10,206 nt of DNA from Amoebidium appalachense. Its lineage: Eukaryota > Protista > Ichthyosporea. This document shows positions 1-7,114 of the stretch, in pieces. A program made the position numbers and the translations under genes. The DNA is taken from assembly GCA_963693365.1 (NCBI GenBank), contig CAVNZM010000090.1, positions 1 through 10,206 of the forward strand, given 5' to 3'. Under the pieces are notes generated by a model that saw only the letters and a program-made list of their open reading frames with translations, ran no database searches and was not told the origin of the DNA. The number at the start of each line of letters is the position of its first letter. Position 1 is the stretch's first letter.

Positions 1-18
1 ACATGTTTGTTGAACATG

Positions 19-317
19 TGTTGGCAATACATTCACAATATTGCGACTACATAGGTAAAGTGACCTGATCTTTCATCCCCAATATTTTACCAATATATTG
101 GCAATAAAATACACGCCCCATATTTTCGGTTGCTTTTACCTATTGATAATAGGTGCAATACATTTCGACCGAATTGAGATCCTTTTATAATCATATCATA
201 ACCCTATAACCAATAGCGACATTATGTTTGTATCGGCCATATGGGACATATGGGTTGGGTATATTGCCAATATCCCAAAATGGTCAGGAAAAATACATTC
301 ATAATATATTGGCAATA
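19..317. repeat. Cluster of TATTG-N-CAATA palindromes (left part of a putative interrupted DNA transposon)
   Basis: TATTGGCAATA at 96-106 and 307-317, TATTGCCAATA at 262-272, and variants at 19-29 and 141-151, all in AT-rich DNA. The same motif recurs at 4568-4815, just beyond the LTR-element insertion. Confidence 0.65.
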
Positions 318-556
318 GTCTTGCCACGTTGGACAATACCCTAATTTGACACAAAATTGTCCTACATTTTATATATTCATAACGTATTGGTTTTATTTGT
401 GGAAATTATTGACATAAATATTTTTCTGGGTAAACACGTAGGATGGGTGTTCGATACCAACATAACCATGTAGGCTTCATTTCGTGTTTTAGCAGTTAGC
501 GGTTGGCTGCCCGCACACGGGCACCTATTAGCCAGTCAAAACATCAGATACCACAG

Positions 557-650
557 ATCACTAGACCGAGTTATGATTGGCTTGGATCAGATTTCACATA
601 TCACTAGATCGATTTTTGATTGGCTCAGATCGGTAGGCTTAGGTATATAA
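557..650 (+). promoter_or_regulatory. Putative Pol II promoter: two reverse CCAAT boxes in a 43-bp imperfect tandem duplication, followed by a TATA box
   Basis: ATCACTAGA at 557-565 and 600-608; GATTGG at 575-580 and 618-623 (period 43); TATATAA at 644-650. No convincing downstream CDS. Confidence 0.4.
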
Positions 651-1041
651 GCACGACAGTTTTTAGCAGATCAGCAAGCTACAAACACATCTTCTGTGTT
701 TAGCATCCACAGCCTTACAGCTATATATTCCTTTAAAATTTCACCCACCCACCTACACCCACACACAACCCCCATTGATCCACACATACGTGCTGTTTTT
801 TCACGGGGCGAAGACTTCCCCCGTTTTTTGGGCACATGGACCTCACGGATCAATAAATTGATGACTGGGGGCTTGCCGTGGTTTACAACCATTGCAGGTT
901 CACTTTCGTCCAAGGGGATGTCCCCCTAGAGGCAACACACGTCCCGGAGTAGTTTTCATAGAGACAATACTCCGCAAGCAATAGTATAATACCGAATAAG
1001 TACATTGACAATATCGAAATTGTATTGTTAATAGGCACACG

Positions 1042-1046
1042 TACAC
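1042..1046 (+). repeat. Left 5-bp target-site duplication (TACAC) of the gag-only LTR element
   Basis: TACAC immediately precedes TGTC at 1047 and recurs at 4552-4556 immediately after GACA at 4551. Confidence 0.93.
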
Positions 1047-1653
1047 TGTCGTGGCAACAAACAGAGTGTATACAAACTACTCTAACTATCTGCACGCTTA
1101 AAGGGGCTCGAAACTGTGTATACGTATAAACTTTTCTTTGAGTTGGGTGGGAAGCGAGAAAAACGAGTTCTTAGAAGAACTTCGAAAAGCCCGCGACCCC
1201 GCGAGACACTTCACAGACACGCGGCCCACTGGCCAGACAAATACCACAGTGACATTCAGCCAATCACAACACTCCCTCCCCCACAGACTACACGCACTCC
1301 ACACCATTGGCTACCGCGACCTCAGACACCCCTACAGCACTACAACACGTACACACGTTTACTCACAATACATATAAGCATACACACACGCGAGCAGGCA
1401 ACATGGGTCTCGCCACGCACACAGCAAGAAGCAATACAACATTTAACATGGAGAGTACGCAGAGGCATTGTGCATGCACGCGCGCACCTTTAACAATCAG
1501 CCGCCGCCGCATCAGGTTCTCCCCATACCACTGATTAATCTCCTCATACCCCACTTAGACCCCGGCATCACTATGCAAGAAAACCCCCGAAATTCACTCA
1601 CCAAAACACAAAATATAGAAGCAAACTAATACGAATCAGCTCAGCACATGACA
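1047..1653 (-). repeat. 3' LTR (607 bp) of the gag-only element
   Basis: Direct repeat of 3945-4551. No differences found by eye, and the ORF-track translations of the two copies are identical. TG...CA ends with a 6/7 terminal inverted repeat. Confidence 0.95.
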
Positions 1654-1663
1654 ACTCCCCCTC
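1654..1663 (-). other. Polypurine tract
   Basis: The minus strand reads GAGGGGGAGT directly before the TGTCATG start of the 3' LTR. Confidence 0.8.
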
Positions 1664-2056
1664 GCACAGAAAATAACTGAGTTCCACCTCAGTAAAAACT
1701 ACCTAAAAACAAAATAAAGTTATGTGCTGAGCGACTACAACTACCGCTACCCATGCAGGAAGCAACATTTAACATTTAACATATAACATAAAACATATAC
1801 ATGCATCCACACACCACCCCACCATGGTTAATACCCAACCCAACCCCAAAACAAGGATAATTATGAACCGCCACTGACGTTGCCCTGTAGATGCACCTCT
1901 GCCCCCGTCCACAACCTGCACCCAAAACCCCATGCCCCTGGCACAATGTTATATCGAGTGGAACATAGCAACAGACATGATAACAGACACCATCCATAAA
2001 ACCACACTCAGCATGCCCCATCCACAAAGAATATTCCTAACACAACCAAACATGCC

Positions 2057-2100
2057 GTGACGAACACCTCCAGACTCATGTGACGTACACCTCCAGACTC
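2057..2100. repeat. Tandem duplication, period 23 bp (2 copies)
   Basis: GTGACGAACACCTCCAGACTC (2057-2077) and GTGACGTACACCTCCAGACTC (2080-2100). Confidence 0.9.
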
Positions 2101-2250
2101 TCTTGCTGGCCATTCCTCTACCCGACAAAGACTCCTACTACGTAGGTCCCGGTGGTTTGGGAATGCCTCCGCCCCAACCGTGCCCTACCCAGCGGTGTGT
2201 CTAAGGCCTACTGCTGCACTGGGCACCACAACATTACTCAACAACACTAC

Positions 2251-2321
2251 GGGCAGCCACTCCAAAGGGCCTCAACACCAGGCCCAGGGCAGCCACTCCA
2301 AGGGGCCTCAGCACCAGGCCC
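2251..2321. repeat. Tandem duplication, period 36 bp (2 copies)
   Basis: GGGCAGCCACTCCAA(A/G)GGGCCTCA(A/G)CACCAGGCCC at 2251-2285 and 2287-2321. Confidence 0.9.
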
Positions 2322-2615
2322 TTTGACGACGGGGGTTCACAACAGTGGGGGCCTGCCACTGCCATGACTACACTTCGACCCCCCCCCCAGCCCCCTCGTC
2401 AGAGGGCCGAGCTCCCAGACAGCAGCAGGACTTTCTATTCCACTGACCCTAACCAGACACGTCGCCAACACAGGACTCATACACACGTCGAAAACGCCAG
2501 GCACCAGTAGAAAACTCAGCGAAAAAAACACACCACACAACTCCCATACAACAACAACTTGAACAACCCAAGAGACGGCCTACCCCCTAATAAAACCTTC
2601 ATACCTGCAACACGG

Positions 2616-3836
2616 TCACCGACGTCCCCCACGACGGGGCTGTTTGCACCACGCGTATGTGTGCCCCCGCTCCTTGCAGTTGTCGCAGGTGCCTGGGAAA
2701 GAGTCCGGCGCCGGCTCTTGCTGTCCCGCCCGACGACGCCAGCCTGGCCCATCATCCCGTTGTGGCCGTGGCTGGTAGGGCTGGTAGCGCCGTGGGGAGG
2801 GTGACCGCCGCCGGTCCCCTCTGAGGCCTCTGCCCTCCTCCCTCTCACGGTCCCGGTACCTGTCTCCTCTGTACCGGTCCCCCTCCTGGTCCTTCTCCTC
2901 CAGACGCTTGGTGAGCACAGCCACCTGCTTCAAGAGAGCAGTGAGTGTAGGCGTGTCCTGCCCAGCCCCATGCTTTACCTCCATGACCTCAGCAGCATGC
3001 TTATCCCTCATAGCCAGCTTACTCTCAAACTGCGCTAAAAACCGCCTCTTCACCGCCCTCCACGCCAAGTCTACCTCATGCTGCTCTTCATGCTGAGCAA
3101 ACAGCTCACCAAACTGACTGCTATCTACAAACAGAGAGCGAGCAGCATGAAACTTTCCACGAGCATCATTCTCCAACCCAGCAAGAAACACAAGAGCACG
3201 AAAATTTTCTTCGAACAGCTCAAAGTGGGTTCTAGCTTCGGTCACAGACATGGTGAGGGGGGGGTAAGTAAACTTAGCTTGTCTCAGATCAGCGTCAAAC
3301 TCCCGTCGTCGTCCGTCGTCCAGGTACTTGGCCACCGCCCTGTCAAGCCACTCAAGCTCATTCTCGGGGCGCAAAACCTCAACCACGTCCCCGGAGCCGC
3401 CCGTAACAATAGGCACCTGTGCGTTGGCCGCTTCGTAGCGGGCGGCCAGCTGGAGTGCGGCCGGGTTGCGGGCTCCACCCGCCACTGTGCGGGCGTACGC
3501 AACCGTGCGCACAGACGGCTCGTCGGTAGGCAGTTGTGTGCTTTCAAGCACCTTCTGGAACTCCAGCATTGAGGAGCCCACCGTGTTCATGATGAGTGTG
3601 GCCATCCTTCGAGGGGTTTGGACGTCCTTCCCCTCAGTGGCCTCTGCTGGGCAAACAGCCCTGAGCTTGCTAAGCCACCTAGGGAGGGCGAGGTCCTTAG
3701 CGAGGACTAAGTCCCCTGTGATACTAGTCCTACTGCTCATGTTGCCTATGCCAACTGTTGCTAGCTGTAGGCCTGTGTGTGCGTATGTTTCTTCTACCTC
3801 TAACTGTCGAAAAAGTCCTAAGTCAAAGCCACTCAT
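2616..3836 (-). CDS. gag: Retrotransposon Gag protein (406 aa from the first ATG) with a C-terminal CCHC zinc knuckle
   Basis: Longest ORF in the window, open from 3917 with first ATG at 3836, and located just downstream of the 5' LTR. The C-terminus CDNCKERGHTYAWC is CX2CX4HX4C and is preceded by an RD/RS-rich basic tract. The segment SVTEARTHFELFEENFRAL loosely resembles a capsid major homology region. Confidence 0.85.
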   Translation of the reverse strand: MSGFDLGLFRQLEVEETYAHTGLQLATVGIGNMSSRTSITGDLVLAKDLALPRWLSKLRAVCPAEATEGKDVQTPRRMATLIMNTVGSSMLEFQKVLESTQLPTDEPSVRTVAYARTVAGGARNPAALQLAARYEAANAQVPIVTGGSGDVVEVLRPENELEWLDRAVAKYLDDGRRREFDADLRQAKFTYPPLTMSVTEARTHFELFEENFRALVFLAGLENDARGKFHAARSLFVDSSQFGELFAQHEEQHEVDLAWRAVKRRFLAQFESKLAMRDKHAAEVMEVKHGAGQDTPTLTALLKQVAVLTKRLEEKDQEGDRYRGDRYRDREREEGRGLRGDRRRSPSPRRYQPYQPRPQRDDGPGWRRRAGQQEPAPDSFPGTCDNCKERGHTYAWCKQPRRGGRR

Positions 3837-3932
3837 AACCGCTAGGCGTAAAAAAAAAACTAGGGGTGAAAGCAACAGCCCAGAAGGACTAACAGTGCGT
3901 GTGCCCCCTCCCTGCAAAAAACTGCAGAGAAA

Positions 3933-3944
3933 GGGGGTGTAGCT
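3933..3944 (-). other. Atypical primer-binding-site region (AGCTACACCCCC on the minus strand)
   Basis: Occupies the PBS position immediately after the 5' LTR but lacks TGG. Partly complementary to LTR 4208-4230. The plus-strand GGGGGTGTAGCT resembles nt 1-12 of eukaryotic tRNA-Ala. Confidence 0.55.
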
Positions 3945-4551
3945 TGTCGTGGCAACAAACAGAGTGTATACAAACTACTCTAACTATCTGCACGCTTAAA
4001 GGGGCTCGAAACTGTGTATACGTATAAACTTTTCTTTGAGTTGGGTGGGAAGCGAGAAAAACGAGTTCTTAGAAGAACTTCGAAAAGCCCGCGACCCCGC
4101 GAGACACTTCACAGACACGCGGCCCACTGGCCAGACAAATACCACAGTGACATTCAGCCAATCACAACACTCCCTCCCCCACAGACTACACGCACTCCAC
4201 ACCATTGGCTACCGCGACCTCAGACACCCCTACAGCACTACAACACGTACACACGTTTACTCACAATACATATAAGCATACACACACGCGAGCAGGCAAC
4301 ATGGGTCTCGCCACGCACACAGCAAGAAGCAATACAACATTTAACATGGAGAGTACGCAGAGGCATTGTGCATGCACGCGCGCACCTTTAACAATCAGCC
4401 GCCGCCGCATCAGGTTCTCCCCATACCACTGATTAATCTCCTCATACCCCACTTAGACCCCGGCATCACTATGCAAGAAAACCCCCGAAATTCACTCACC
4501 AAAACACAAAATATAGAAGCAAACTAATACGAATCAGCTCAGCACATGACA
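3945..4551 (-). repeat. 5' LTR (607 bp) of the gag-only element
   Basis: Direct repeat of 1047-1653, followed on the plus strand by the TSD TACAC (4552-4556). Confidence 0.95.
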
Positions 4552-4556
4552 TACAC
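4552..4556 (+). repeat. Right 5-bp target-site duplication (TACAC)
   Basis: Matches 1042-1046. Confidence 0.93.
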
Positions 4557-4823
4557 GCATTTTGGGATATTGCCAGTACATTACTCATACGGTATATAGT
4601 TATTGGTGGTAGACCTGACATGGTATGACAATAATATAAAAATATTATGCCGATATTACGTCAATATTACAGTTCTATTACACTTCTATAGCGTCTCTAC
4701 CACAGAAAATCTCTACTCGCAATACATTGGCAATGGATAATTGATATTACTTCAGTATTAATCTGGTGTTTTTACGATATTGGCAATAGATAATAGCCTC
4801 ACAATATTGGCAATACCACGGGG
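4557..4823. mobile_element. Putative right end of a DNA transposon with subterminal palindromic repeats, ending ...CAATACCACGGGG
   Basis: TATTGGCAATA at 4778-4788 and 4805-4815, with variants at 4568-4578 and 4725-4735. 4560-4578 is a 17/19 inverted match to 262-280. There is an abrupt switch to GC-rich copia sequence shortly after 4823. The other terminus is not visible in the window. Confidence 0.45.
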
Positions 4824-4834
4824 AAGTTTGCTGA

Positions 4835-6351
4835 TGTCCCCAGCGTCTGAAATGGGAGGAGGCTGCACACCGTGAGCTCAAGGCCCTGGAAGACAACGGC
4901 ACCTTCACCCTTGTGCCCCGTCCAGAGGATGGCTCCACTGTCATTCCGGTCGGCTGGGTCTTTACGGTCAAGCATGACAACGTCGGCAACGTCACTGCTT
5001 TCAAGGCCCGGCTTGTGGCCCGAGGCAACTACCAGTAGCCTGGCCAGGACTATTTCGTCACCGAGTCACCTGTGGCTGCGCTGGCTACCATCCGGCTGGT
5101 TTTGGCTACCTCCGTGGCCCAAGGTCTGCCTCTGCGCCACATCGACGTGAACACAGCATTCCTCAAAGGCACCGTCAACGAGACCATCTACATTGAGCAG
5201 CCCCCTGGCTTCGTCAACCCCTCGGCCCCCCATGCTGTCGGCTTGCTCCACAAGGCGCTCTACGGCCTAAAACAGGCACCGCGCCAGTGGTATGAGGCCC
5301 TCCGTGACATCTCCTCGACCAAGGCTTCATTGTGAGTGCTGCTGACCCGTGCCTGTTCATCAAGAATGCCGGGACCCCAACGTTTATTGCCCTTGCTGCC
5401 TACGTGGATGACTTCACTGTGACGGCCGCCACTGATGCGCTCATCGACGATTTTTTCACCAAGCTGGATGCTCGTTTCTCTGCCAAGGACCTGGGTCGTC
5501 CTACCCTGCTCATCGGGCACACTCTTACCTGGCTGGAGGACGGGTCTCTGCGTCTGGGCCATCGTCAACACATCATCGACTTGGCTGCCCGTTTTCGTCT
5601 CACCCACATGTCCGGCACCAAGACCCCCATCGTCCCGGGCCAGGCCAGTGAAAGCAACAAGACCCCAGCCTACAGCAAGAAGGAGGACTATGCCAGCCTG
5701 GTCGGTGCCCTGCTGTGGATTGCGCGTACCACCCGCCCCGACATTTCCCAGGCTCTGGGAGTCCTTACTCGACACATTCATGCGCCCACCGTCACCCACT
5801 GGACTATGGCTACCAGAATTGTAAGCTACCTGCTGGCCACCATCGACCTGGGTATTGTCTACCGTCCCGGCCCCCCCACCCTTGTTGGCTACTCCGACTC
5901 CGACTACGCCGAGGACCGCAACACCCGGCGCTCCACCACGGGCTATGTCTTCTTCATCAACACCTCCCCTGTGTCCTGGGTGTCTCGGCTCCAGTCCATC
6001 ACCACCCACAGCTCCACTGAGGCTGAATTTGTGGCCATGTCTGCTGCTACGAACGAGGCCATATGGCTCAACTATGTGATGGACGACCTGGGCCTTAATC
6101 CTATCGATGAGCCCACCCCGGTGCCCATCCATGGGGACAATGAGTCTGCCCGGGCCCTGCTGGACACCCTGGGGGTTAAGCCCAAGACCAAGCACACCGA
6201 CGTCCGCTACTGCTCCGTCAAGGAACATCACCTGCTGGGCAACATCACTGTGGTCCCGGTGGCTTCTGCTGACAACAAGGCCGACATGTTCACCAAGGCC
6301 CTGTCTGCCTCTTTCTTCACCAAGGCCGTGGGGATGCTCAACATGTGCTGA
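4835..6351 (+). pseudogene. pol: Ty1/copia pol fragment: reverse transcriptase plus RNase H, 5'-truncated and disrupted
   Basis: RT motifs WEEAAHRELKAL, GWVFTVK, KARLVARG, HIDVNTAFL, LYGLKQAPRQW and YVDD. RNase H motifs GYSDSDYA..RRSTTGY, SSTEAEF, KHTDVRY and NKADMFTKAL. In-frame TAG at 5036-5038 and a 1-bp frameshift near 5309-5311 join ORFs 5072-5335 and 5332-6351. Confidence 0.95.
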
Positions 6352-6386
6352 GCACCCGTCATCAACCAACTGCGCCCTCGTACTTC

Positions 6387-6401
6387 AGGGGGGGGAGAGA
6401 G
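6387..6401 (+). other. Polypurine-tract-like run downstream of copia pol
   Basis: AGGGGGGGGAGAGAG, 35 bp after the pol stop codon. Confidence 0.5.
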
Positions 6402-6527
6402 TTGCATCCGACTGTGCAACTACGTGTACCATACTAAAATTGAGTAGGGGAATCTTTATTGTCTGTATTTTGTGCACCTGAAGCACTCGAGCTCAGTTGC
6501 ATTAATTCATACCACAATTATCCAATT

Positions 6528-6614
6528 GAGTAGGGGTGTTGGAGTACACTGGTACTCCCGGCTAGCAATGTCTCTTAGAGAAAGTTTCTGAGCAATTGAA
6601 TAATTGTTTCAACA
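6528..6614 (+). repeat. Probable copia PPT and start of the 3' LTR (TGTTGGAG at 6537); LTR end uncertain
   Basis: GAGTAGGGG (6528-6536) is followed directly by TGTTGGAG. A possible matching end TTCAACA lies at 6608-6614 but would give an LTR of only 78 bp. No second LTR is in the window to confirm it. Confidence 0.45.
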
Positions 6615-6903
6615 CTCACTCGAGTGCATAGAGCTTTTGTTTACGGTCATGTTCATATATGGTAGTTATATGTTTGAGCCAAAACTGTACCAATGACGAG
6701 CTTCACTAGCAACGTGCTAATTGTGCTCATTAATTAATATTCCCGGTTCAGATGATGTCATGTCTATATTTGCCACAGGATTCTATTCTTAGAGTGGTAG
6801 TGTGCTTTATTCCCGGATATTCTCTGTTGGAAGATGGTATCGTTATCCAGTCCGATCGCATGAATCAGATCATGATCGGCTGGTGGCCTGCGAGGTCTTA
6901 ACC

Positions 6904-6976
6904 GATCTCGTAGCTCAGTTGGTAGAGCACTCGACTGGAGATAGAGGGGTCGCGGGTTCAAATCCCGTCGGGATCA
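6904..6976 (+). tRNA. 73-nt tRNA-like gene, anticodon GGA (nominally Ser) on a short-variable-loop body; probably element-derived rather than a decoding tRNA
   Basis: Cloverleaf: acceptor GATCTCG/CGGGATC-A; D-arm GCTC-AGTTGGTA-GAGC; anticodon arm CTCGA-CTGGAGA-TAGAG with one G:A mismatch; 5-nt variable loop; T-arm GCGGG-TTCAAAT-CCCGT. A and B boxes intact. Confidence 0.85.
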
Positions 6977-6978
6977 TC

Positions 6979-6984
6979 TTTTTT
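6979..6984 (+). terminator. Pol III terminator-like T6 run after the tRNA-like gene (second copy at 7350-7355)
   Basis: TTTTTT two nucleotides after the discriminator base. Confidence 0.65.
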
Positions 6985-7114
6985 CTCATCCTCTCCTCGC
7001 TGGGGTAAAAGCCAGCACGCCTTTACTGGCGTCATCACAACCATCGGCAGTGGTTAGGTTGTGATCTCAAGGCTAGCAAGATCGCTAGTCTCTGCACCAG
7101 GACAAAATCCAAAA

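Larger units (their letters stand above)
1047..4551 (-). mobile_element. Complete non-autonomous gag-only LTR retrotransposon (3505 bp)
   Basis: Two 607-bp direct repeats offset by 2898 bp, with TGTCGTG...CATGACA termini and a 5-bp TSD. Minus-strand PPT next to the left LTR, minus-strand Gag ORF with CCHC, and no protease, RT or integrase motifs in any frame. Confidence 0.93.
6825..7114 (+). repeat. TRIM 5' LTR (290 bp)
   Basis: Direct repeat of 7196-7485, with differences at 6895/7266, 6915/7286 and 6936/7307. Confidence 0.92.

Noticed and set aside
19-317. CRISPR array from the spaced palindromic repeats
   Set aside because: The repeats are only 11 bp, irregularly spaced and in a eukaryotic context, with no cas genes.
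803-829. Hairpin ACGGGG...CCCCGT followed by T6, resembling a rho-independent terminator
   Set aside because: The context is eukaryotic and there is no upstream bacterial-type gene.
914-929. Helitron 3' end (GGGGA-TG-TCCCC then CTAG)
   Set aside because: The hairpin is too short, abuts CTAG with no spacer, and is not followed by T.
1098-1554. Short ORFs inside the LTRs (and their duplicates at 3996-4452)
   Set aside because: They overlap, are compositionally biased by CA-rich DNA and have no motifs. The duplication simply reflects the LTRs.
1047-1653. Retrozyme (hammerhead ribozyme in the LTRs)
   Set aside because: No CUGANGA...GAAA core with proper stems was found on either strand. The minus-strand CTGACGAG near 2395-2402 also lacks stem II and GAAA.
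2337-2848. Frameshifted or readthrough pol after gag
   Set aside because: No D(S/T)G protease, YxDD or integrase motifs downstream of gag, and the frames close quickly.
3078-3942. Plus-strand ORFs of 164 and 158 aa
   Set aside because: Antisense shadows of gag.
6342-6353. CATGTGCTGAGC at the copia stop codon matches the minus-strand start of the gag-element LTR
   Set aside because: A few 12-nt matches are expected by chance in 10 kb, and there is no flanking homology.
5260-6369. 369-aa minus-strand ORF
   Set aside because: Antisense shadow of the GC3-rich copia pol frame, with no independent motifs.
6988-7016. HDV-like ribozyme: CTC-TCCTCGCT-GGG matches the HDV P3/L3 loop
   Set aside because: No GG for P1.1 follows the would-be P1 strand, and I found no convincing P1 or P2 partner. 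An RNArobo or Infernal scan would settle it.
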